Under the pieces are notes generated by a model that was given only the letters and a program-made list of their open reading frames with translations, had not been told where the DNA came from and searched no databases. 64,000 bases of DNA from assembly GCA_030141605.1 (NCBI GenBank), contig JAQGDQ010002377.1:248001-312000 (forward strand), read 5' to 3'. A program made the position numbers and the translations under genes. The number at the start of each line of letters is the position of its first letter. Position 1 is the stretch's first letter. Shown piece by piece: positions 25,701 through 38,100 of this stretch. The DNA is from Tubiluchus corallicola. Lineage: Eukaryota; Animalia; Priapulida.

Positions 25701-28700
25701 CTACTCAAAGTTAGATCACCAATAATTTCTCTGCCGTGATTTTTCTACTTTTTCCTTGAACAGTTTTTTTTTGTTATGATAAAGCTGGTTGGAACGGCTT
25801 TTGTACTTGTCTTGCTGATGTGTATCTTCTTACTTGGTTCATCTTAACCTACATATGCTGTCTTGAATAAGTTCAAGTTAATTGTTCAAATTATCTAACC
25901 TTAGCACTTTACTTTGAATTACACGACCTCGCTTGGACCAATGTTTAGTATTTTCTAGTTAGTATTTTTGTAATAACTATGCATTACTAGCAACCCGTTA
26001 CATTTAATAGGTGATACATAGTTTTTAGAAGCAAATTTTTGCATAGAGAATTTGCATACATAAAAAGTAATCCAGAAAAATGTGTAAGAAATTTATTTTC
26101 AATGTAATCTTTTTATTGTATGATATTTTACATGTGCATTTTTGTACATGCGGGTTTAAACCGTTTTCAACAGCTCTGTTATTTAACTGTTTGCAGCCAG
26201 TCCAGCCGGGAGTGCAGAACAATGCTCTTGAAGACAAGGCTAAAAGAGCTGCTGAAATACAAGCAAGGATACAGGTGTGAGCTGCTAATTAACATTCTGC
26301 ATTAGTCATTCCTTTTTGTTATGTCTTAAACTAACCTGGCACATACTGGTGCAATAATAGAGCAGTTTTCAGTAAAAACAGTGTGAATGCTAGAAAGCGT
26401 GCGGTAAAGCATTTTTACTTGTCGGTGACATGTAGAACTTTTACACTATCACGTTTACAAGAGCGACGACAAATTTATTCCCACACTTAATCTTGCTTGG
26501 AAACCTTTTTTTAAGTCTTAAATGAAATAGTGTTAAGTACTACACATGTTGTTGTCTGTTATTTTTTTTATCAAAAATTTTGCACCTCTACTGAGACTAG
26601 AACCCAAGACCTTCTCCTTTTTGGGCTATTACACCACAGAGGCACTCTCACGGCCTGACTTTTCAGACTTCAAATTTACTCTACAAGCCGCTAGAGGCGA
26701 TTCACGGGAGAATCGTAGTTTATGCTCTATCAAGACTTTGTGATGTCAATCCAATAAATTCATGAGTGGTACTGAACTACATTGACATTGAAAAATCTAG
26801 CACCTCCATTGGTATTAGAATCAGAGACCTTCTGTTTTCCCAGCAGCTAACTAGAAGCTTACATGAGATATCAGAGTGATTTTCATAACCCAAAAGAGCA
26901 TAACTTAGCTTACCATTTGAGATTTCTTGCAGCATGCGATTTAGTTATACAGTAGGAGCCATTTACTAGACTCACAGTTAATAGAATCAGTCGCTTAATT
27001 GACACAAAAATGTCTAGTACGGGCCGCTTCCACTCAAATGTACATAAAAACAGTCGGCAAGTAACTCATATAGCTCCGCTTAACTGGCTCAATATTTTTG
27101 CTTTACGTACTTAAAATAAGATACTTGCATGTGACCAAAGAGCTTTTACTACTTTTAATGCCACTTATTGTGGTATAAAAGTAGCAACTGTTCCTTATTT
27201 TTGTGTACTATGATGCACTTAGAAGTACGTGTAAAGTACGTTTATCATGTGTTGAAATGCTAGTGTAACAGTTTTGCTTTGAACCTGTCACCCATTCGTC
27301 TGCTGCATTTAACCTCCTTGTCCAAGAATTTGTGGAACGTAAACTTTTAATCACATGTCTAGTGGTTTCCCTTTGAAGTTCTTGCTGCTTTTCATGAAAT
27401 CTTAATTAGTTAACTGTTGCTGTTATGTCACCGATGTATTCTTTGCGACTTTTTAAGCGTAAACGTCATAGATCAGCTAAGAGCATAGAGTTAATTTTGA
27501 AAAATGGAGCATAAAATTTAAAGCTCTCTCAGCCTTTGCAGCGCATTCTAAGCTGAGGAGTGATGGCTTGTATTTCTATACTAACAATACTATAGCTATC
27601 GGACAATAGACTCAGTCGTTTAATTGGCACAGAACTCTTCCATCCCAAAGTGAGTCTATTAAGCGGCTCTTACTGTATAAACCAATTGTGATTCTATCTA
27701 GTACAATAAAAATTGGGGCACTGTTAGGGAAATCCATTGATACTGTCAAATTAATTTGATGCTATTTTTTACTCGTATTTTGTTAACCGTATTTTAGGCA
27801 CATCTTACAGCAAAGCCAAATCTCTTAGTAACACTCTCAGGTGCCGAAGCAGCGAAAGCCGTTCTGGATCCGTCAAAAGGACCAACACCACTGATTCTTG
27901 ATGATGAAGGTCGCACAGTGGATTCTTCGGGCAAAGCTATACATGTATGTTTGCATTATTTTATTCATGTTTTGTCTTAGGAAGTCAGATAAAATTGTCT
28001 CTTACAGTTTACTTGTAATGCTTGCTCCTTCTCCCTCCCTTTCTCTCACAAGATGGTCTCTCTGTCTCCTCCCTTTTGAATTTTTTTTGGCTCCCTTGCT
28101 GATTATATTTTACTTATGCAATATTGCTCATTTCAAAAAACTTGAATGGTGAATGAGCCTAAAAATGTTAAACTTGTAAATTCAGTGTTTCTTATCTTTT
28201 TTGTATGCGGATTTCTAAACCTATATAAACATTTTTGGGTAAAATTGCGAAATTTTCAAGTTTAACTTACCAGATGTATTATTTGTTTGCATTATATTTA
28301 ATGCAGCGTCTTTTGTCCTAAAATTACAACTGTTAATAGCAGCTGCTTTAATGCAGGTACAGCAATATTCGAGTTATTTCTCAAAAAACTATAATACAAT
28401 ATTTTAATATATTATAATATACGGTGTTTCAAACTTAATATCCAAATACCAAAAAAGTCTAGTGACTGTTAACCCCGTTATAACTAACATTTTTGCGAGT
28501 ACAAGATTATCAAACAATATGAAAGTGAATTGAGGTTGTAGTGACAGGTTTTTTTCCTTTTTACAGATACCTCAGTATACTCCAACCCTGAAAGCAAACA
28601 TTCGCGCGAAACGAAGGGAAGAATTTAAAATGGTCCTCCAGGAGAAGCTTCCAGAAGAGCTTTCAGAAGCTAGTAAATTCTTTGATCCGCGCATGCCAGC

Positions 28701-31700
28701 GAAGATGTCGCAAAGAACTAGAAGGAAGTTCCACTTTGTCGAACACGGTCGATATGTACAGATGGAACAACGACTCAAGACAAAAGCGCAGTTGGAAAAG
28801 TTACAGAAGGAAATTGCACAGGTACAAAGTACAGTTTTACCTAGTGGATTGTACACCTGTTACTTTTCAATTTTCAATTCCTGCTAAATCTGTAGAATAA
28901 CTACGAAATCTTAACTAATATAACTGGGAGTTGACAAGCTCTGAAGTTTTTTGCATTTGTTTTACATTTCCACTTCATTGGAAGTATATTTAAAAAGAAC
29001 CAGATGTTTTGCTGCTATGAACAGATTGTAACTTAGCATTCTTTAGTTATTGACTTGGTTTTTGGAAATTTTAACCTTCCACCGCATTTGAACAAGAAAT
29101 TATGGATTTTAAGGTTCATTTTTAGTTCATTATTTAGCCGAAAGAACTTAGCCGACAGAATAAAACTTTAATAGGTAACAGGGGTCATAATTTCAAGCTT
29201 ATTGATGATGGCATCATCAGTAAAAAGCCCAAGATCCTGTCATTTCAAAATACATTGTAAAGTATTATGTACCTAGCCTAGAGAAAACATTTCTGGATGA
29301 TTGATAGGGCTCCAGTTCTGACATCATAATTCTACTGAATGGCACAAAATGGCTACATTTGGAAAAAGCTAACTTAAAGATTTATCCCATTAAAATAGAT
29401 ATTGCAACAGGTGTTAAGTTTATGGTATACAGCCTATTTGTACTTTTTTAGCAAATTGATTTTTGTGCTATCTGCTGCACGGTGTAAAGAATAGTTCATA
29501 ATGTTGCTCATAAAACTCACTGTACAGGTTGCCAAGAAGACTGGAATCCAATCTGCTACGGTCTTGACGAAGATTGCCCCGAAGAAAGAGCTGCTAGCTG
29601 ATGAGATTCCAGACGTAGAATGGTGGGACGCTGTGATACTCCAGAATGAGGCTTACGAAAGCTTGGATAAGAGGCTGGAGGGTCAGGATGAATTTGAAGG
29701 CATTACGAATCTCGTTGAGCACCCAATTCAGATGAAACCTCCCACAGCTGAGGAAATGGTAATGCATATATTTTTTTCTGTTTCTGCTTTATTAAAAATT
29801 TGTGTGATTTTTTCGCATTTATTTATTTATTGAATACAAGATAGTCGGTTAAATGTTTGATTATTTATCAGATAATCAATAAACTTTGTACCATTACGGC
29901 TACAAAACTTACAACTTGTACAGATCGTTTGCAGGTACAGTATACCCAGTACAGTACATATTTTTAGTAATTGAGTGAAATTTGTGTCTCTGTCACAAAT
30001 GTAGTTATTAATTTTATACTACAAACGCTTTTTTTGTATATCCTGAAAACGTTCAGATAATACAGTCAAACCTAGTTATACTGCCGCCCGCCCCCCATTA
30101 TAACACCAGCCTTGCCATAATGCCAACTACAGTAGTCGCCGCTTAATTGACTCACTTTTGGACCGACATGTTTTGACCCAATTAACCGATTGAACCTATT
30201 TACCGATGGGTGTAGTATTACTGCTATAGAAGTATGAGTCATCAGCTATGCACTGCAAAAGCTTTTAATCAATTTTAGAAACGAAGTAACGCCTAAATTC
30301 CTTTGTGCAGTTAAAAATTAGAAAAAATATTTTAAAATATTAATTTATATAAGTGAATTAACAATAAATTAAAAACTATACTTTTCTAAATCACACAAGT
30401 CTGAATTGGGCATGACTAAAACAGTTCCGAATCGTCTGCTCACTTGCATTGCTACATGACATAGCCAGTAAATGTACCGTACCTGCATATTTGACTATTA
30501 ACTCATTAAGCCTGAAAGCGTGATTTGCAACTAGAGCATCAAAAGAAAACCGCTAAGCAAGTGATTAAATGTTTAGCTTCCAGAAATTCTTTGGGTAACG
30601 AGGTTAATTGCAGCGGGCGAGCGGGTAACAGATTCAAAGCAAAACCACTACGCTAAGTGTATTAGAGGCATGATAAACGTACATGTTTCCAAACAAAAGG
30701 GAAGTAAAGATGACATAAAAGTAGGAAAGGCTGTTTGGGGACATACATGTGTCTTATTTTAAGTACGTGAAGGAAAAATAGTGAGTCAATTAAGCGAAGT
30801 TATTTAAGTCAATTACCGATAGTTTTTATGCATATTTGAATAGAAGCAGCCGGTTCCAGGTATTTTTGAGTCAATTAAGCGACTGAGTCTATTAAGCGGC
30901 AACTACTGTATTGCCCTGTCCCACTTTCCATAATATATTAAATATAAGGAATACCGCCAACCTCGCCTACCGCCATATCTGCTGTGCCAAAAGTCTGTTT
31001 TACATAATAAATTTATTCTGTTATGACTCCAGCCAAGATAAAGCACAGGGATTTTACGGCTGTAAAAGCTATTTGACTCAAGGTAAAGTTATATGCGACA
31101 GCTATATATAGTATTAATTATCTAGTAATGTTACGTTGGGAGCTTGGATGGGCTGCGTGGCTGCATATTCCTCTTATCAGGAGACAGCAGTATTTCACAA
31201 GACTCTACTCCACATTGTGTTACCTAAAAGTTTTGCATCACACGGCCCTAGGACTATTACCTGCATTAATTTTGTTGATGCACAGTACAAATGTGTACTG
31301 AATAGCAAAAATGTACAGTATTATACATGTATTATTGTAGCGTAATAATAATTTACTATTTATGACATATTAAAGTTAACTAGGAAACAAAATAGAGGTT
31401 ACAGACTAGAACGGCTTTGATATTTAATGAACCTCAGCTTACCGCCAACACCACTATAGCGCCATATTTAGTGGTGTCCCAGACCTGGCGTTATAACGAG
31501 GTTTGACTGTAATTAGTAAAAGGAGAACTGCACTTGATCTAATGTTATAGTTGTTGTTATCATAATTAGGGATATTTGTTTCGTCTTACAAGAAATTAAT
31601 AAGCAAAAGGAGAGAATCATTAATATTAAATTCTATCATGAAGAGAAGTGGTAGAGATAAATCTAGCTTCACTGCTTAAAAATACAACATACAAGTGTCC

Positions 31701-32781
31701 TTACATATTTAGCTGCCAGGCTCCACAGATGCAGCTGCCATACCTGTAATGCTCACAAAGAAGGAAAGGAGGAAATTGCGGCGGATGAACCGACGAGAAA
31801 CGTGGAAGGAGAAGCAAGAGAAGATCCGCCTGGGACTAGAACCTCCTCCGGAACCTAAAGTGCGCATGTCGAATTTGATGCGTGTTCTCGGAACTGAACA
31901 GGTGCGAAATATGATGTTACGACTATTACATTAATTCGCAATTTTAGTATTTACAGTTCTGTGTGAACAGTCATGCTTGCAAGATGTTCAGTTTTAATTG
32001 GTGTTGTATTCTTTTAGTGTATTTAGATGTTTACTAGTCTATATTATGTCTAGTAAATTTCTGCAGTAGGAACCCAATCACTGACATAATAATTAGCATA
32101 GCTGTCAGGGATCTAAAAGATGAGTTTTTGGAGTGTCAAATAAGTGATTAAATATAGTAACATGACATGAGTTTTTTGCTGGTACAGGTACAAGATCCTA
32201 CAAAGATCGAAGCTCACGTGCGAGCACAAATGGCAAAACGGCAGAAAGCACATGAAGAGGCCAATGCAGCTAGGAAGCTTACTAAAGAACAAGTGCGTGA
32301 CAAAAAGATCAAGAAAATCAAAGAGGATACATCCAAAGGTGTGCACATTTCCGTTTACCGTGTGAAGGATCTCTCAAACCCCTCGAAAAAGTTCAAGGTG
32401 GAAACGAACTGCAAACAGTTGCTTATGACAGGCACTGTAGTGTTTTATCGGGACTGCAATGTCATCGTTGTCGAAGGAGGGCCAAGGCAACAGAAAAAAT
32501 ACCGACGATTAATGTTGCACAGAATCAAGTGGGCAGAAGATACGAAATTAGACGAGAAGAAACGAAAAGATTCGGCATTTGATAGTAAAGAGGTTTCATC
32601 TACGAATAGTTGTGTGTTAGTCTGGGAAGGCATGGTGAAAGAAAGAAACTTTGGTGAGATGAAATTTAAGCTGTGCCCCACTGAAGCTTTCGCTCGTGAG
32701 CATTTTCGCAAGCACAATGTTGAACACTACTGGGATTTAGCGTATACACAGTCAATTGTAGAAAAGACAGAGGTGGAGTAA
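22705..32781 (+). CDS. PRPF3: U4/U6 small nuclear ribonucleoprotein Prp3 (10 coding exons, 697 aa by my exon sum)
   Basis: Exons 22705-22953, 23740-23864, 24145-24229, 25448-25588, 26197-26274, 27798-27944, 28567-28821, 29528-29758, 31713-31901 and 32188-32781 are all phase-compatible. Recognised motifs: N-terminal PWI-like domain (KFLGYSEP), [98 protein letters not shown], and C-terminal VVEGGP..LVWEG..EHYWDLA. Confidence 0.96.
23918..24040 (+). mobile_element. SINE with tRNA-like A box plus 5S rRNA-derived segment
   Basis: TAGCTGAATGGTC then AAGTTAAGCGAACCAAGCTTGGTTAGTAAGGAGATGGGTG, similar to 5S rRNA AAGCTAAGCAGGGTCGGGCCTGGTTAGTACTTGGATGGGAG. Confidence 0.55.
26580..26860 (-). mobile_element. 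tRNA-derived SINE remnant with two tRNA-like heads
   Basis: Reverse complement TGTGGTGTAAT...AAGGTCTTGGGTTCTAGTCTCAGTAGAGGTGC, with a second similar module at about 26800-26850. Other B-box remnants at about 8760 and 57350 (GGGTTCAAT). Confidence 0.45.
26950..27675. mobile_element. pogo/Tigger-type MITE
   Basis: TIRs CAGTAGGAGCCATTTACTAGACTCAC / GTGAGTCTATTAAGCGGCTCTTACTG flanked by TA. Confidence 0.8.
30063..31509. mobile_element. pogo/Tigger-type MITE (outer element)
   Basis: TIRs CAGTCAAACCTAGTTATA / TATAACGAGGTTTGACTG flanked by TA. Confidence 0.8.
30130..30908. mobile_element. pogo/Tigger-type MITE nested in the previous element
   Basis: TIRs CAGTAGTCGCCGCTTAATTGACTCA / TGAGTCTATTAAGCGGCAACTACTG with TA on both sides. 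TIR related to 26950-27675. Confidence 0.88.
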
Positions 32782-34273
32782 AACGTGGTAGAAATGTGTC
32801 AATAGCTTAATTATATGGCAAGGCTTGTGCTGCCTAAGTGTTCTGCCTACAGTGACATGCACTTATTATATGAGAAAAACTCCAGGAAAGGACGAAAGGT
32901 GTAGGAAAGTGGAAAAGCTCGTTAATTCAAAGTTACCTGTGTACGTATTTCTTACAAAATTGCTGATGCAGCTTCAACTCTGAATAAATGTTTTCTAGTG
33001 TCTTTTGTGAATGGATGCGTTTCACTGGCTTCTTCCAGTGGCAATATGTAAATTGTTAAAGGACCTGATGTGCATGTATTTGCACATACTGTAAATGGAG
33101 AATGATTTTTGTGCATTCGGTTGCTTCAGTGTTTGCCAGAATTCATGCAACAAAAGGACAAACACGTTCTGTTTTGCTTTAATTAGCCAAACAATTTAAG
33201 TGAATGATGCATGATTCAATTAGCATCTGCCGTTAGCGAACATACGTTTTACATAGTAGGGTAGGACAACTAATGATAATTTCATACTGTTCTTGCGTCC
33301 TGTCCCATTGGGCAAAGTAATCAGATATCAGGCAATGCAAAAACCAAGTAAACTGATTTTTTGCCAGCAGCATTTCAAGCTTTGTTATTGACTGAAATTT
33401 AAATGCTAAATTATAACCGTACATGCCTTGTGACAACCTTAAATTATTTCCAAACATCTGGACATTTCCCACTAAATTTCACAAGCAAAGTTATATTGCA
33501 AAGTTTTAAAGTAATAATAATTTGCCAATTAGATTGTCATGAGGATTTTGCAAAGAATCATATATACTAAGACAAAAATTTGTTGTTACAATAAAATGTC
33601 TTTTTAAAATTAATTGCTCCTAGTTCATGTTTTTCGCTGTGCTCATGTTTTCAGATAAAGTTGCTTTCCTTTTACAGCCATCACACTACTGAGTGAAATC
33701 CATTTCACATGTACATTTTTAAATGCATCGGCAACATAACGCATCAAATACTAATACTTGGTGCACATGCTGCAAAGTTTGTCTGTAACTTGATTTACCA
33801 ACTTTGTCACACACTTAGATTTTGCTTAAATGTGCTCACACTCTGTCCCACACTCATCCTGCCATTGTGTGGGATTTTAGTACAATAGGTTGTTGCGGTG
33901 CATTTGTAAATTTTGTGTGAGACAGTTTGTTGCAGACAGACAGACTTTTTGCTATGAGCAACTAGTATAAAACCATAAGACAAATTCAAATTTACTGTTT
34001 TCAATTTTCCGCATGTCTTACTAACAAAACTTCGTCTTGGATACAGAGTTGGCTTTAAGAACTCAGAGGTGACACAGTCTCTTCACTCGTAGATTCCTTA
34101 TTCTCCCTTATCTTTTTTTTAATTATTTGCTTCCCCCTGTTTCTTTTCCCTTATGCTCTCTTTCTCTGTTTCTGCTCCTTCTCCCTCCCCACTGATTCTT
34201 AATTTTGTATTTATCCCAGACATTCTAATTACAGAAGCAGAGTACCCAGATCCAGGACTTGTCAACCAGCTTA

Positions 34274-34447
34274 AGTGACGTTTACTAGACATCCGGAATG
34301 CGGCTGCATTATGCAGAATATGCTCCGTTTATCAGACTTGCGTTATGCATTATTTTTTCTGCAGCTGTTTCCTATAAATTTTTATGTACATAACAGTTCC
34401 GCAAGTGGATAACGCATATGCATCCTGGATGTCTGATAAATGCCACT
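34274..34447. mobile_element. PIF/Harbinger-like MITE
   Basis: AGTGACGTTTACTAGACATCCGGA / TCCTGGATGTCTGATAAATGCCACT with TTA on both flanks. Confidence 0.65.
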
Positions 34448-35104
34448 TTAGTATGTTATTACGAAGCTTAGAATTTATTATTATGACAAAAGATCAATAA
34501 AATGAATTTCACCCTTCCAATAAAGATAGGAAATTTCATTAATGACAGAATTTTATCACAAGTTATGCATCACTATTACATTCGGCCTGCGAGAAGGTAA
34601 TTTTAAGATGGCTTCAACTTAGAAGCTTGTGTATGTGTATAGTTAAGTACAGTACAACAATAAGCTTACTGCTTTTTTGTTGGTGGATTTCACACTTTGC
34701 AGCAAAACTGGAATGTAACTATGCCTTACTTAGGATGCTTCTTCTGTAGAGGAATAAAGTTGCAAGGTAATGCCACATGTGAATGACATTTCATTATAAA
34801 TCATTAGACGCTGGTCATGATAGTGTTATTTCATATCATATTGTACGCTTTGTGCCTCCAGAACACTTGTATTTTCACCAAAAATGTACAACACCGGCAA
34901 CACCACACTTGAGTCTCACCAAAGCATAAAGTTTTAAGCAGCTAAGCCCTTTACATTTAGAGATGAGTTGTTCACATTTGCACTTTTAAAATCCTGGAAG
35001 GAGAAATCGCACTGTTTATGTTGGCTCACTTGAGACGTTTTCTGCTGTAAGTTTAACTTGCATCGGCTTGCAAAGATAAATTGAAGGTGCAGAAGCTTGT
35101 GAAG

Positions 35105-38100
35105 TCAGTATTGATACAGTGTCTCTATCAAGCTGTGACGTTGTTTTGTGAATGCATCAAGAGTTTTTGAAGGCCTGCAAAAACCGCAACATAATTAATA
35201 TAAGTGTGGTACGGTGGTAATATAACTATAGTATTAATATAAGTATGGCATTTGGTGGTATGTGCTAGCTTCACAACCCCATGCTATGCTTCAGCGAGTA
35301 AGCAACTTTGAGTTTATGCATTCAAGTTCACTACAGTTTAAGAAAAAAATGAGCCTTAATTTACTAAAAAATATACTCTATATTTTCTTACTCAATTTTG
35401 CTTATAAAGTGACATTAGTTTTTGACACAGAGCAGCTCCTTGCAAATAATTCCATTGTGCTGACGCTACTACTGGTGGACTTCTATTAGCATTCATTATG
35501 ATGTTAGACTGTATCACTAAAACCAACAAGACTGCCTACCTTCCCAGAAATGTTTGAAGAATTTCTCTGCTTGTCTTTGGATAATATGGTTGCTTAACGA
35601 CGTGTTGCAGAACTGTTAGTGTTCCTTGTAGATTGACAACTGGTTGAAAATTTTTATCCTCGCTCTGCAAAAAGAAATGGTACAGCTCTATCTCTTCTAA
35701 TAATTACTTAAATTGGTTGACTTCACCACAAGAATTCTGAGAGCCATTACACATTCATTTGGGATGCTGTCAACAAGTATTTACTTCTTGAGTAGACCAC
35801 GGGTTATTTGCAGCTTGGCATCATGGGTATATAATAAATATGTTATTAAATTCTTTGGAAGTGCTATGCTGTAATGATTGTTGTGGATGTATTTAATAAA
35901 TAATAAATAAATGAAAAGTATAACAGTTTTGAGTTTTGACGACAATATTGTGATTTGCTGAATGATATTGTGATACGCAAGACGTATTCATTAAATTCTC
36001 CATTTGAATCAAACTAAGAAAAACGAAAATAATGATTAGCCATGTACAAAGCTTCAGTATAAACATAGGAATTACAAATGACAGTCGTAAATTATTAAAC
36101 TAAATCAGTACCTTTATTAAACCCAGATGCACTAACAATGAGTTCGAAAATAACAAGCCATCTAGTTCCTGTTCTTGAAACGCTTTGCTAAACAGAACAT
36201 CTGAAAACAGAAAAGCTGTTAATAGATTATAAACACATTGTAAAAAACTCAAGGCAGCCATTTTAAACAAAGAAAAACAGCTAACAAATAGCATAAAAAA
36301 TGTAATGCCTTTATAGCCTCAATGATTTTACATTCTTATATAATATACAAAATAGAAAAAATATATAATCATTGAGACTGTAAAGGGTACTACGTTTTTT
36401 ATGTTAAAGATGACAAGTCTCAGGAGAGCTCTCATATTTTCAGTCCTAACAAATACATTGTAAATAAGGTAATCAGTACTTCATAGACCCTGGTAACAAG
36501 AGAAGAAATTTTTGTTGGTTATGAAAAACGATTTCTTTCTAATTTAAACTCTAATAAGTAAGAATAAATGATGAGAGAAACAAAAGGATAGAACAGTGTA
36601 GTAGATACCGTACAGGGTGCGTGGAGTCAGTAACCGAGACAAGATTGACTACCATTTACTGGACAACAACAGTCAAACTGTCACCACCTGCAAAACTTAA
36701 TTTAATCCAACGAGTAACAATAGACAGACGTATTTAAATGATCAAACAGGTTCACTGACCTGTGGTATCAATGACAGCTTGATAAACATTTGGATCTGTC
36801 CCACCAGCTGTTGAAGACAATTTCATAAAAACTGAAACAACTGTGTCGGATTCGTCAAGTTTTTCCTGAAGCAGAAAAAATTGCTGAGTTAGGTGCCGAG
36901 AGAAAACTACTGCAGACAAAGTGCAAAGACTACCTACAGCACTAATTACATAGTTGTACGAACTATACAGTGGGTGCTTTAATTAATGAAATTAAATTTA
37001 CAGAATCTATTACATTCTCCGAATTCTACTTTACAGAGCAAATTATATAGATTCTTGCGTTCTCATCATCCCAACACTGAGGCTTGTCTTTCTTTCATTA
37101 GCCTTATCATCGTTCATTCTATTCTTATAGTTCTACAGCAACATCGAACAGATCATAACCAATTTGTCACACCCTTTCTCACACTCAGTTTTCAACAAGT
37201 TACATAACCGGCTCAGTTTTGTTGTTATCTATAGAGTAATTATTTTGTAATTGGTAATGGAATTCGTAAGTGATGAATTTACTTTCTGAAAGGCTTTAAA
37301 AGTTTTATTCTGTTAGCCAATTAGCATTTGATTAATTACCTGTATACTTGTTTAATAAATATATAAATGTACTTGTGAATGTAAGGTTTCTTTCTCACTT
37401 AAAAATATACTTTAAACTAGTTACATAGTTGCTTTACCACTAAAACGCTAATTACATTAACTCCATAGCTCTTTCATTACTAATACTAATAACTTGAAAA
37501 TTTATGCAAGATTGCAAATAAAAAGTGAGAATTACAAAGATTTATAAAAAGCCATGTATATGAGTATATTTGAGTGTGAAGTCGATGTGAATTAACCCGA
37601 CTGCAGAAAACTGATTGGTTTACAAATGATAACTAAATGAACGTAATATTTTAGTATTTTTCATTATTTTGTAAGACATCATCACTTTTATGTGCATTAT
37701 GTTAGAAGTTGACAGGTAAAACCTTTTCAGACAGTCATTTTGTGAACACTTAAAAAATTAAAAAAATTGTATAAATAACATCAGCTTGTGCAATAACTTT
37801 GAAGGTAATAATCCACCGTTTACTACCTAATAGAAAATTAAAAGATGGCATGCATATAATAAACTATAAGCATCAGATCAAATCTGAATTAAATTTACAA
37901 ACGTCTAAGATCCAAATAAACAAATTAAACATATGCTTGCATATTTGAAGTTGTTAATATACGACTGTGCTATATACAATTTTAAGTTTGATTCAACTTC
38001 AAAACTTTAGTGCATATAATTATAAACACATATCTTGATAGTTAATTCTAACTTGTCCACAATACCCACCATTGAGAATGCTAATTACACAGAACTATTA

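Noticed and set aside
28572-32717. Minus-strand ORFs 28572-28856, 32113-32346 and 32445-32717
   Set aside because: Antisense shadows of PRPF3 exons.
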